From Octopus bimaculoides (Eukaryota), in the NCBI RefSeq assembly GCF_001194135.2, contig NC_069008.1:1688808-1752807 (forward strand): 64,000 nt of DNA. Direction: 5' to 3'. Positions within the stretch are counted from its first letter, which is position 1. Every line of letters starts with the position of its first letter. Below the pieces are notes generated by a model. It saw only the letters and a list, made by a program, of their open reading frames with translations, made no database searches and was not told the origin of the DNA. Below, piece by piece: positions 12,119-24,470 of the stretch. A program made the position numbers and the translations under genes.

Positions 12119-12549
12119 GCACTTGGATATATCGGTCTGTATATATATATGTTTGTGTGTGTGTACTTGGACATGTCCATGTGTGCACGTGTACTTGTGT
12201 ATGTGTGTATGTACTTGGATATATGTCTGTGTATATATGTGTGTGTGTGTGCTTGGATATATCTGTGGGTATGCATGTGCTTGTGTGCATGTATACATGT
12301 GTTTAAGTCTATGCTTGTATACACTTTTATGTGTGCATGCATTCATACAGTGTTTGTGCTTGCATGCATCTAACATGTTGCATACATCTTGGCTGCAGTT
12401 ATACTTCTGCAAGTACTTTTCTGTGCATCAGTGACAGGGCAATTCCACATGACCTTCAAGATAGATTGAGAAGAGGTAACATGAGGGACCACCTAGACAT
12501 CCAATTAACATAGATTAACATGAAATTTTGATGGAACAATGTTTTAATT

Positions 12550-12855
12550 GTGGAGGCGCAATAGCCCAGTGGTTAGGGCAGTGGGCTCGCAGTCGGAGGA
12601 TCGCGGTTTCGATTCCCAGACCGGGCATTATGTGTGTATATTGAGCAAAAGCACCTAAAAGCTCCACAAGGCTCCGGCAGAGGATTGTGGCGACCCCTGT
12701 TCTACTCTTTCGCCCCAACTTTCTCTCACTCTTTCTTTCTGTTTCTTGAGTAATGCTGCGATGAACTGGCATCCCGTCCAGCTGGTGGGGAACACATATG
12801 CCATAGAAACGGCCCATGAGCTTGGCTAGGCTTGAAAAGGGCGCATAAATAAATT
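12550..12855 (+). mobile_element. SINE family D, near full length
   Basis: tRNA-like A/B boxes, a central gcgatgaactggcatcccgtccag segment resembling conserved SINE core domains, and an aaataaat tail. Confidence 0.8.
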
Positions 12856-12878
12856 AAAATGTTTTAATTAAGGTCCCT

Positions 12879-13085
12879 TTAACCCTTTAGCATTCAGATT
12901 ATTCTGTCAAATGCAATGCTTGTTTATTCTCATTTCTTAAAATTAACCCTATATTATCTTATCTTATAGCTTTGAGACTTAAATGATGTAATTGTTTATT
13001 TTTAGAGGAAATGCGAGCGGCCAGATCTGATTAGTTTGAACCCAAAACAGGTCAGATATGACCAGTTTAATTACTAAAAGGTAAA
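12879..13085. mobile_element. piggyBac-type MITE
   Basis: Starts TTAA-CCCTTTAGCATTCAGATT; the right end is degenerate. Confidence 0.75.
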
Positions 13086-14172
13086 AAACAGGAATTTAGT
13101 ATCGTAGTACCAGGAGTGGAGAGGAGTAAAGTCTCAGGAGTGCTTGTATGAAAATGGTTGAACCACACCTTGCTGTCTTTAAAAGAAAGGAAATATGTCT
13201 GAAAAGAGGAGGTGGAATGCCTTTGGCCAGATGTCAGCCTTGTTAGAGCTGACTCGGGGTTAAACAACACAACATTGCTATGGTAAGACTATGTTGGTTT
13301 TTGTAGACTTCAGCCAGCTGTAATCCAGGAGGCATAAATTCTGAAGACATTCCAGGCATGACCATGCCATTTCTTTTATAGAAATAGCGTATCTAGGATA
13401 ACATTACTCAATGACTTAAATTTGATTTTTNNNNNNNNNNNNNNNNNNNNNNNNNNNNNNNNNNNNNNNNNNNNNNNNNNNNNNNNNNNNNNNNNNNNNN
13501 NNNNNNNNNNNNNNNNNNNNNNNNNNNNNNNNNNNNNNNNNNNNNNNNNNNNNNNNNNNNNNNNNNNNNNNNNNNNNNNNNNNNNNNNNNNNNNNNNNNN
13601 NNNNNNNNNNNNNNNNNNNNNNNNNNNNNNNNNNNNNNNNNNNNNNNNNNNNNNNNNNNNNNNNNNNNNNNNNNNNNNNNNNNNNNNNNNNNNNNNNNNN
13701 NNNNNNNNNNNNNNNNNNNNNNNNNNNNNNNNNNNNNNNNNNNNNNNNNNNNNNNNNNNNNNNNNNNNNNNNNNNNNNNNNNNNNNNNNNNNNNNNNNNN
13801 NNNNNNNNNNNNNNNNNNNNNNNNNNNNNNNNNNNNNNNNNNNNNNNNNNNNNNNNNNNNNNNNNNNNNNNNNNNNNNNNNNNNNNNNNNNNNNNNNNNN
13901 NNNNNNNNNNNNNNNNNNNNNNNNNNNNNNNNNNNNNNNNNNNNNNNNNNNNNNNNNNNNNNNNNNNNNNNNNNNNNNNNNNNNNNNNNNNNNNNNNNNN
14001 NNNNNNNNNNNNNNNNNNNNNNNNNNNNNNNNNNNNNNNNNNNNNNNNNNNNNNNNNNNNNNNNNNNNNNNNNNNNNNNNNNNNNNNNNNNNNNNNNNNN
14101 NNNNNNNNNNNNNNNNNNNNNNNNNNNNNNNNNNNNNNNNNNNNNNNNNNNNNNNNNNNNNNNNNNNNNNNN

Positions 14173-14215
<43 letters not shown>

Positions 14216-14304
14216 TACATATATGAATAACACAAAGATACTTATATTTGTATATACATACAGATACACATACATTACAAATTTATACAAACATACACAA
14301 ATAT

Positions 14305-14335
<31 letters not shown>

Positions 14336-14739
14336 CAAATGCATACATATATATGTGTGTGTATATATGTATATATTATAAACTAAATACAACTTTGCTG
14401 ATGTAATAAGAACAGATATGTTTGTGGTATTTTGGTTAATTCTAGCCCGCCACTCTACTTCCACACACACATTCCCCACCTACCCATCAACCATCTATGC
14501 TCCCTGCACTGCAGTGGTATCAGGTATACTCGCACACATACACACACTGTAAGAAATAGACCAACATGTAGGAGAAAGAGAGAGAGAGAGAGAGAGAGAA
14601 AAAAAAAAAACCAGGGTGTATAAAAATAAACTTAGGTGTAGATGAAAAAAAAAAAAGGAAAATAATTTAAAGAAAATGTCTGTTATAGTATTTTTTGGTA
14701 AATTCTTACCACCTTGCTAAAGTATCAGGTGTGTTTAGC

Positions 14740-14776
<37 letters not shown>

Positions 14777-15282
14777 ACACGCACATACATACACAGAGGC
14801 TATACAATTAGAATACAAATCCCTGAGAGAGTGTATATATAACAACTAATATTTATGGAACACTCTTTTTTTCTCTCTCTCTCTATATATATACACACAC
14901 ACATATATATATATACACACACATGAAAATCTTAACTTTTGCCTTTTGTTGTGGAAATATCAGGTCTGTATATGATATGTCCACACACATAGACATCGGT
15001 TATATTTGCCCAGACGTTATACATGCAATTCGGACTATGTAGGCATAACAGTGATGATAATAATTAGAAATGTAATAAAGACTGAACAAACAGGGTGTAT
15101 AAGCCAGGGTGTAGATGAAGGCATGTTGAACTTCATCCCTACCTCGCTGTAGCATCAGGTGTGTAGACACTACTTAGGCACATACATTACACATAATACC
15201 AGCCTAAACATATATAGACCAAGCAAATAAACAAGCGCGTATAATATAACCAGAGTGTTTTAATCTGTATAATATGCATATG

Positions 15283-15324
<42 letters not shown>

Positions 15325-15788
15325 NNNNNNNNNNNNNNNNNNNNNNNNNNNNNNNNNNNNNNNNNNNNNNNNNNNNNNNNNNNNNNNNNNNNNNNNNNNN
15401 NNNNNNNNNNNNNNNNNNNNNNNNNNNNNNNNNNNNNNNNNNNNNNNNNNNNNNNNNNNNNNNNNNNNNNNNNNNNNNNNNNNNNNNNNNNNNNNNNNNN
15501 NNNNNNNNNNNNNNNNNNNNNNNNNNNNNNNNNNNNNNNNNNNNNNNNNNNNNNNNNNNNNNNNNNNNNNNNNNNNNNNNNNNNNNNNNNNNNNNNNNNN
15601 NNNNNNNNNNNNNNNNNNNNNNNNNNNNNNNNNNNNNNNNNNNNNNNNNNNNNNNNNNGCGTATGGTAAATAAACAAGTGTCGTCGCCTGGTCCAGGAAT
15701 CGAAACCGCAATCTTGTGATCAAGAGTCCAACACCCTGACCATTAAGCCATGCACCTCCACTTGAGTGTATGTATGTATGTATGTATG

Positions 15789-15826
<38 letters not shown>

Positions 15827-15829
15827 TGG

Positions 15830-16100
15830 CGATTCTTTTCCTCTGTCTTCCTTTTCTCTTGGACTTTGCTCTGTCTCCTGTTTCCGAAGAAGAGCTTTGC
15901 TCGAAACATAAAACCACCTTTTTGCTCCTTCCCTGAGCATCTGCTAATACATTGCATGTAACACGTCCTCGTGTTGTTGTTTTTTTCTTGTGTTTGTTCT
16001 TCCCCTTTTTGGGATTTACTACATACACACACACATACACATCTGTGTTTTGTAGGACACAGGATAAACAGAACTCAAAACCTGAGTATATATTATTATT
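15830..16100 (+). mobile_element. Penelope-like element terminal (pLTR) fragment with a hammerhead-like motif at 15880-15914
   Basis: gtttCCGAAGAaGAGCtttGCTCGAAAcataaaac: stem II GAGC/GCTC, GAAA core and GTTT/AAAC stem I. Confidence 0.5.
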
Positions 16101-17573
16101 CCTGAGGTGGTGAGCTGGCAGAGTCGTGAGCACGTGGCACAAAATGCTTTGTAGCATATCATGTTTTTACATTCTGAGTTCAAATTCCTCTCAGGTTGAC
16201 TTTGCTTTGCATCCAAATGGGGTTGATGTAATCGACTATCCCTTTTCCACAAATTCCAGGCTTAGTGCCTTTAATAAAAAGGATTATTATTATTGTTATT
16301 TTTGTGCTAACTGACAAAAGTTATTGAAGTGACTCAAGGACCAAGAGTTTGGTGCACGGAACTTATGAAACTTGATAAGGGCCATAGGAGACGAAACTTT
16401 TGACCCTAGGGTTCTTTTGTAGCATTTGCTGATTAATTATTACAACTGCTTCAAATTTTGACACAAGGCCAGCAACTTTAGTGGGGGGAGGGAACAGATG
16501 GTTACATGGACCCAGTACATGATTGGTACTTTATTTCAAGGAACCTTGAAAGCATAAAAGACAAAGCTGACCTTGACAGGATTTGAACTCAGAATGTAAA
16601 CAGCTGGAAGAAATGCTGCAAAATATTCTGTCCTCTGACATGTTAACAATTCTGCCAGTTTGCAGCCTAAACAAGTGTAATAATGCATATGTGTATGTAC
16701 ATACATATATACATACATGCACCATGCACACACAGACATATACATACACATACATACATGCACCATGCACACAATACATTAAACACATTATAGAATCTAT
16801 ATACAAGTTCTACATACACACCCTCCACAAACCCATACCACAGACTAACACACCCACGGTGGAGTCTTCATGGTTGCTTGTCCTACCAAAAACTGGAAAT
16901 AGCAGCTAAATCTCCTCTGCATCACTCCTCCCACTGTTTCTTTTTAAATGGAAGGACACACTGGATAATGTAGTCCTAGATACATGATGTTTAGGGAAAT
17001 AATACCAGATGAAAAGGACACACCTGGAACGCCTTTGGAATATCAAGCTATACAATATCATAGAACTATACAGAATCTAAACACACACACACACACACAC
17101 ACACACAAGATCACATACTCTTTATATGCACACCAGATTACATATTCTATATATAAACACACTAGCAACAATTATCAGAAGAATAATTGTAGATCAATCA
17201 AACAGGGTGTATATAGATGAAAACCCAAGGTTGAGGAGAGAAAAATCTAAGCACCATTTGACTAAATGAAGAACGTGTCTGTTGCAATATTTCGTTATAT
17301 TCTTATCACCTTGCTGTAATATCAGGTATGTATACTACAAATATATATAGAGAGAGACTGTAATATACATATCACACAATGTAGACATAAATCATTACAT
17401 TCACAAATTATACACCCAAAGGCTGTATATCCTCAGTTTATACAATCAGAACAACAATAAAGAACAGGGTGTATAATATCAAGATGAGTCAAAGGTTTTC
17501 GGATTTTCACTGATCATTTTTGCCAACTTGTAACTTGACTCAACCTGGTGTTATAAAATGCTATTAAAAACAG

Positions 17574-17636
<63 letters not shown>

Positions 17637-17757
17637 ATTATATGTATTTATTTTATCCTAATTAATAATAATTCGGATAGAATAAATGGGTTAATAGAAA
17701 CCAGGGTAGCAAAGATCACAAAATAACTGGAATGGAATGAACGCATGTTATAACTGC

Positions 17758-17790
<33 letters not shown>

Positions 17791-18008
17791 TATAAAGAGA
17801 GAGAGAGATAGTATATACACATGACTATATAATAACTCTCATGAGATTATATCATATACACAGCAGCCTATGCTTCAGATGAATTATATACACCAATACG
17901 AAACTGGGTATGTGTGCATATACACACACACACACACACACACACATGTATATACACATAAATACACATGTAGATACACATGCGCACACACATACAACAA
18001 TAATACAT

Positions 18009-18039
<31 letters not shown>

Positions 18040-18851
18040 TCCAGAACAACAAAAATAGGCTTATAAACCATGTTGACCCCACCAACCTTGCTATGAATAG
18101 CATCAAGTGTCTATAATACATACACATCACACAGCCTAAAGCACCTATGTGGTTGTTTGACTTGTAAGAGTTAGCAGTCAAATTGCCCTCAAATCACACA
18201 CCTCAGTCTTTTGTATGTATGCAACAAGTATGAGCCAACAAGGACGAACCACTGTATGGTGGCTAGACCTACAAGAAATAGCAGCTGAATTCTTTGTGAC
18301 TGTTACAACAAAACTGACTTAAATAAATAAAAGGAGAGCTTACATAACGTCAACCTAGATACTCCACTGCCCCACTAAAAGATAGATGGTGATTGCCATG
18401 GTTGGAATCCTTTTTGAGAATAGGCTCTACTCAAATCAGGGCTGACCAGAAGTTAAATGAGAACAATAAACAAGTTGTGTATGTGTATATTATGTCTCTG
18501 TGTGTTTGTGTGCATACACATGCAAACATACATCCATACATATATAGAACACACACACACACATCTCTTTATCTTTCGGACTATACACACATGTATGCAG
18601 ACACACAATTATTTCATGTATGCGTGTGTATATATATATATATATAGTTGTATGTGTGTACATTTTTATATATTTATACACATAAATCCATATATATATC
18701 TCAATGTCTCTATACTTATACAAGGACACATACACATGCATACATATCCATATATATACATGTACCTGCACACAGATACACACACACACAAACTGATGCA
18801 TATACAAACATACATACATATGTGCAGGTGTGTGCATATATGTATGTAAGC

Positions 18852-18890
<39 letters not shown>

Positions 18891-18974
18891 CACACATTTG
18901 TGTATACCTATATACACACATATATACATACATATCTCAATACCTCTATACTTATATACACATTGCATATACTA

Positions 18975-19014
<40 letters not shown>

Positions 19015-19061
19015 GTGCTTGTGGTGTTCGGAGGTGTGAGGTCAAAAACAGAAGCCCTTAC

Positions 19062-19177
19062 TTGGCTGACGTGAGAATATGTCTATTGTGGCACTTCTTT
19101 AAATTGTCATCACCTGGTTGTGGCATTAAGTAGTAATCAAGCGTGGTCGTCCGAGTGTGCTCCGGGATCGTTCCCAT
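19062..19177 (-). CDS. Candidate first coding exon of an unidentified gene (MGTIPEHTRTTTLDYYLMPQPGDDNLKKCHNRHILTSA + phase-2 donor)
   Basis: Non-repetitive sequence. ATG in gcaATGG context with an in-frame TGA two codons upstream, 38 codons of ordinary composition, then CAA|GTAAGG donor. No homology recognised. Confidence 0.4.
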
Positions 19178-19429
19178 TGCTCAACCTCCACACAAGCAAC
19201 AACGACAACAACAACAATAACAATTATAGCAACGATTGCAGCGAGCACCGGAGGGGGTTTTCAAAAAAAACACACAACCAGTTTGCACAAACTGTTCCAA
19301 TACAAGAACTCTTCAAACTTTGCACTCCCCCACACACACGCACACACACACACACACCTATGGCATCACTCACGCTCTATCTTTATCACACGCACGCGCA
19401 CACATACATAATCTCTCTATCTCTGATGC

Positions 19430-19647
19430 GAGGAGAGATAAGTGGGAGGGAGGGAGAGGGCAAAGATGCGGTTCTGAGAGAGGTGTGTTGGTAAAGAGTG
19501 ATAACGTTTTTGCAGAGAGAGAGAGAGAGAGANNNNNNNNNNNNNNNNNNNNNNNNNNNNNNNNNNNNNNNNNNNNNNNNNNNNNNNNNNNNNNNNNNNN
19601 NNNNNNNNNNNNNNNNNNNNNNNNNNNNNNNNNNNNNAGAGGGAGGG

Positions 19648-19678
<31 letters not shown>

Positions 19679-20036
19679 GAGAGGGAGAGAGAGAGAGAGG
19701 GAGAGAGGGAGGTGTTTAGAGTGAAAGGGAGAAAGTGAGTGAGAGAGCATAAGTAATATGCAGAGACAGAGATAGAAAGAGATAGATAGATAGAGAGAGA
19801 GATAGCATAATAAATGAGGTGCAAAACGTCAGGGGAGAGAGAGAGAGGGGTTTAGAGAGAAAGGGAGAAAGTGAGTAAGAGAGAGAGAGGGAGTGAGTGA
19901 GAGAGAAAGTGAGTGAGAGTGAGAGAGAGAGAGTGAGTGAGTGAGAGAGAGAAAGTGAGTGAGAGAGAGAGAAAGTGAGTGAGAGAGAGAAAGTGAGTGA
20001 GAGAGAGAAAGTGAGTGAGAGAGAGAAAGTGAGTGA
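19430..20036. repeat. (GA)n microsatellite and GAGAGAGAAAGTGAGT-type minisatellite
   Basis: Direct reading; interrupted by N gaps. Confidence 0.9.
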
Positions 20037-20499
20037 NNNNNNNNNNNNNNNNNNNNNNNNNNNNNNNNNNNNNNNNNNNNNNNNNNNNNNNNNNNNNNNN
20101 NNNNNNNNNNNNNNNNNNNNNNNNNNNNNNNNNNNNNNNNNNNNNNNNNNNNNNNNNNNNNNNNNNNNNNNNNNNNNNNNNNNNNNNNNNNNNNNNNNNN
20201 NNNNNNNNNNNNNNNNNNNNNNNNNNNNNNNNNNNNNNNGAGAAAGTAGGCAGCAGAGCTGAAGCTAAACTTCTACCCCCCCCTCCGGATTCTCCCTCCC
20301 TCTCTCTCTCTCTCTCTCCCAACCATCAAGTGTAAAAGATACCCAGTTCGTCCAACCATACCCCTGTTGCTGCTGGTACCCACAAACAAACTACGCACAT
20401 TCAGCCTGCTTGCTGCTCTTCCTAGCAGCCCCTTTTAGGTCTGAAGCAGAGCACAGCTACCTTTGTACAACTGGGGTAACATATATATCTACAGAATCT

Positions 20500-20584
20500 A
20501 CGACTACAAAATGGGAGAGCTCTATGTGGCCACTTAATGTGGTAAAAATAGCAACCAAATTACCCTAAATCATATTTTACTGTC

Positions 20585-20616
<32 letters not shown>

Positions 20617-21030
20617 GTATGTGTATATGTCTGCTTGTGCTAAACAACGGAGGCTTCTATATGCTAGCTAAGCCTGTTAGAAATATCACCCAAATCTCCC
20701 TCAAATAACACCCATCTTGTGTGAGTGTCTGTGTGTATGTATGAGCTAACAGGAAGACTTCTATATGGTAGCTAAGCCTGTTAGAAATAGCAGCCGAATC
20801 TCCCTCAAACCACACCCATCTTGTGTGTGTGCATGCATGAGCTAACAAGAAAGACTTCTTTCTATATGGTAGTTAAGCCTGTTAGAAATAGCAGTTAGAT
20901 CTCCCTCAAATCACACCCATTGTGTGTGCATGCGCATGCATGAGCTAACAAGGAAGCCTTCTATATGGTAGCTAAACCTGTTAGAAACAGCAGGCAAATC
21001 TCCCTTAAATCACACACTTCTGTCTTAAAA
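20500..21030 (+). repeat. Tandem array (5-6 units, ~100 bp) of the 5' module of the TAGAAATAGCAGCCAAATCTCCCTCAAATCACAC element
   Basis: Repeated ttctatatggtagctaagcctgttagaaatagcagcc.aatctccctcaaa.cacaccc units. Confidence 0.85.
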
Positions 21031-21329
21031 CAATGAGAATGCTTCTAAGAGTGTGTAGTCGTAAGAGATGAAACACTTTTGGCCACAGGTTTGTCCTGAA
21101 GAACTAAGTAACTACAACATCAGAGAGAATAAAAGATTGATGTGATTCTGGTGAGAGACAAAAAGGTGAAGGAATTTGGAATTTGAAGAGACCAAGAGGT
21201 GCAGGCATGGGTTATGTGGTTCAGATGCTTATTTCCAAATGCTGTGATCTTGGGTTCAACTAAAGCCCTGGGTCAACCAAAGCCTTGTGAGTGGATTTGG
21301 TAGACAGAAACTGAAAGAAGCCCATCATA

Positions 21330-21376
<47 letters not shown>

Positions 21377-21378
<2 letters not shown>

Positions 21379-21720
21379 CTTTTACTTGTTTCCGTCATTA
21401 GACTGCAGCCAAGTTGGGGTACTGCATTAAAGAATTTTACTCTCCCAGTAACCCCCCCACTTTTTTTTACAGCCTTGTACTTATTCTATTGGTCTCTTTT
21501 GCTGAACCACTAAGTTATGGGGACATAAATACACCAACACCAGTTGTCAAACTGGTAGTGGGGGAACACACACACAAATATATGCACACATACAATGGGC
21601 ATCTTTCAGTTTCTACCAAATCCATTCGCAAGGTTCTGGTTGGCCAGAGACCATTGCCATGCAGCGGGACTGAACCTGAAACCATGTGGTTTGGAAGTAA
21701 GCTTACAACCATGCTTGTGC
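21377..21720 (-). mobile_element. SINE family A
   Basis: Reverse complement of the family A tail, body and head. Confidence 0.8.
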
Positions 21721-21957
21721 CTATAATCATAGGTGCAAGAGTGTATATGTACATATATATATATATATATATATATANNNNNNNNNNNNNNNNNNNNNNN
21801 NNNNNNNNNNNNNNNNNNNNNNNNNNNNNNNNNNNNNNNNNNNNNNNNNNNNNNNNNNNNNNNNNNNNNNNNNNNNNNNNNNNNNNNNNNNNNNNNNNNN
21901 NNNNNNNNNNNNNNNNNNNNNNNNNNNNNNNNNNNNNNNNNNNNNNNNNNNNNNNNN

Positions 21958-22240
21958 GTTGTTGCCAGTAACGCTGGACTGGCTGCTGTGCAGGTGGCAC
22001 GTAAAAAAACACCTTTTTGAGCGTGGCCGTTGCCAGTACCGCCTGACTGGCCCTCGTGCGGGTGACACATAAAAGCACCCACTACACTCTCAGAGTGGTT
22101 AGTGTTAGGAAGGGCATCCAGCTGTAGAAACTCTGCCAAATCAGATTGGCGCCTGGTGTAGCCATCTGGTTTCACCAGTCCTCAGTCAAATCGTCCAACC
22201 CATGCTAGCATGGAAAGCGGACGTTAAACGATGATGATGA
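21958..22240 (+). mobile_element. SINE family B
   Basis: Well-preserved body ending gcggacgttaaacgatgatgatg. Confidence 0.85.
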
Positions 22241-22244
22241 ATGT

Positions 22245-22620
22245 GGCGTGACTGTGTAGTAACAACTTTGCTTCACAACCACATGGTTCCGGGTTCGGTG
22301 CCACTGCTTGGCACTTTAGGAAAATGCCTTCTGCTATAGCTCTGGGTTAACCAAACCTTTGTGAGTGGATTTAGTAGAGAGAAACTGAAAGAAGCCCATC
22401 CTATATGTATGTATGTGTGCGCATTGTGTGTATCCCCACCACCTGACAACCAGTATTGGTTTGTTTACATCCCCATAACTTAAACGTTTGGCAAAAGAGA
22501 GACCAATGGAATAAGTACCAGGCTTAAAAAAAAAACTGGGGTGAATTTGTTCAACTAAACCCTATCCTTCAAGGCAGTGCCCCAGTATGGCAGCAGTCTA
22601 ATGATTGAGAAAAAAAAAAG
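22245..22620 (+). mobile_element. SINE family A
   Basis: Head gactgtgtagtaacaactttgcttcacaaccacatggttccgggttc through the tail. Confidence 0.8.
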
Positions 22621-23172
22621 AAAGATAAAAGATTAGTATTTATGTATGTGTGTGCACATGCATGTGTATTGTGGTCTTGACATTATGGGATGGTTGTAAA
22701 TGAGCTTTATTGTCATACAGGCGAGGTTGTTCATTTCCTGTCTTCTATGAAAAATCTACCTGGCCATGGGATGGAGGTGGGGTGAGTGGGGAATAGAACA
22801 TTGCTTGAGAGACAGGTACAGGTGTCTTGATTGTAGCAAAAAAAAAAAAAAAAAATTCTGCTTAACCTATGTGAATATGGGAAAAAAGAAGGATTTTAGG
22901 TAATGATGATAAGCGAGGAACAAATAGTTAAGAGCAAGGGAGAAAAAAAAAATTCTGCTTCAACACGCGAATTCACACAAAGAATCCTGCACACCAGATA
23001 CAAAAGCAAAGAAAATAAGATGGCGGAGGTAAAGAATATGTACACCACCTGTTTTCGGCATAACAAAAACCCTAAACCCTAAACACTGGGTCTATGTATT
23101 CTTTTGCCAAGAAGTTTATATCATAGAACTTGGGGCAGTTTCATAAAAGTTCTAAGTTTGAAAAGTTTTCTG

Positions 23173-23210
<38 letters not shown>

Positions 23211-23789
23211 CATCATTCAGCTCTTCAACATTTAAACTGGCCAAATCCGGTCAAAATGTTCTACCTGTTCTATCTTCAACTAAACCAGTCGCATCTGGCC
23301 CTTCTCACCTCTTCCCAGCAATGCCATTCTAAAAGCAAACAACCACATCATCGTCTAAGGATATTTTCGTTTTGATCTTTTACTCAGGAGGAAAGGTAGC
23401 ATCCATCACCCTTTACAAGGCCATCGAGACTGGAAGGAAGGAAGGAAGGAAGGAAGGAAGGAAGGAGGAATATATCCTCAAACCAAAAATCTGGCCTGAC
23501 TGTTTACAACAGACTAGACCCCTCCACTAAACGCCCTTAAAGTGCCAGGCAGTTGTGCTAAACTGGGCCATAGATTTTGATTACGTTTGTAAGCTGTTGT
23601 AGGATTTAAACTCAATGCAGAAAGGAGGAACAAATAACCACAAGGCATTAGAGTGGATGGAACTTGTGGAAGAGGAAGACATAGGATGAAGTACTGATGA
23701 CTGAACTCAAGACACTGAGCCTTAATGGAGAAGATAAAAGGGCCGAGATATCTGGCGCACTGCTGTCCTCATGAAGGCTCATTCGCTAC

Positions 23790-23975
23790 AGCAGAATTCA
23801 TAACGGTGCTGGTGCCACGTTTAAAAGGACCCAGTACACTCTATGGAGTGGTTGGCGTTAGGAAGGGCATCCAGCTGTAGAGACCATGCCAGAACAGACA
23901 TCTGCAGCCCCTGGCTTTACCAGCTCCAGTCAAACTGTCCAACCCATGCCAGCATGGAAAACGGACGTTAAACAC
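23790..23975 (+). mobile_element. SINE family B
   Basis: ggagtggttggcgttaggaagggcatccagctgtag...aaacggacgttaaac. Confidence 0.75.
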
Positions 23976-24416
23976 CATGATCGTTGTTTTCGCAGTTTTC
24001 CTAAACATGCATGCACGTGCATATTCTCTTCAGATTTCTGGGGTTCGGGTGGGTGGGGACAAAAGCAAAGAGCATGGGATGGTGCAGTGGTTGCAATCAG
24101 CTAGATAGAAAGGCGGCTCTGACTGTGCACCCAGCCCCCNNNNNNNNNNNNNNNNNNNNNNNNNNNNNNNNNNNNNNNNNNNNNNNNNNNNNNNNNNNNN
24201 NNNNNNNNNNNNNNNNNNNNNNNNNNNNNNACCTGAAGAATGGGCACGTAAGTTAAGTTGCCTGTGTGTCTAGGAAACTCAGAGTAAAGAGACAGTGGAA
24301 GTCATTGACTCGTAAACTATAAAAATACTCTGGCGTTTGTATATATAAACATTGTATATATATCTACATACATATGTATGTATGTATGGGCAAATGCGGA
24401 GCAGAAGAATATGGAG

Positions 24417-24470
<54 letters not shown>

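Noticed and set aside
12550-12625. tRNA-like sequences here and at other SINE heads (e.g. 7680, 31207, 59318)
   Set aside because: A/B boxes are present but I could not fold a full cloverleaf, and each continues directly into a multi-copy SINE body.
23065-23085. CCCTAAACCCTAAA telomere-like motif
   Set aside because: It has only two units and no terminal context; it is probably part of a decayed transposon fragment.
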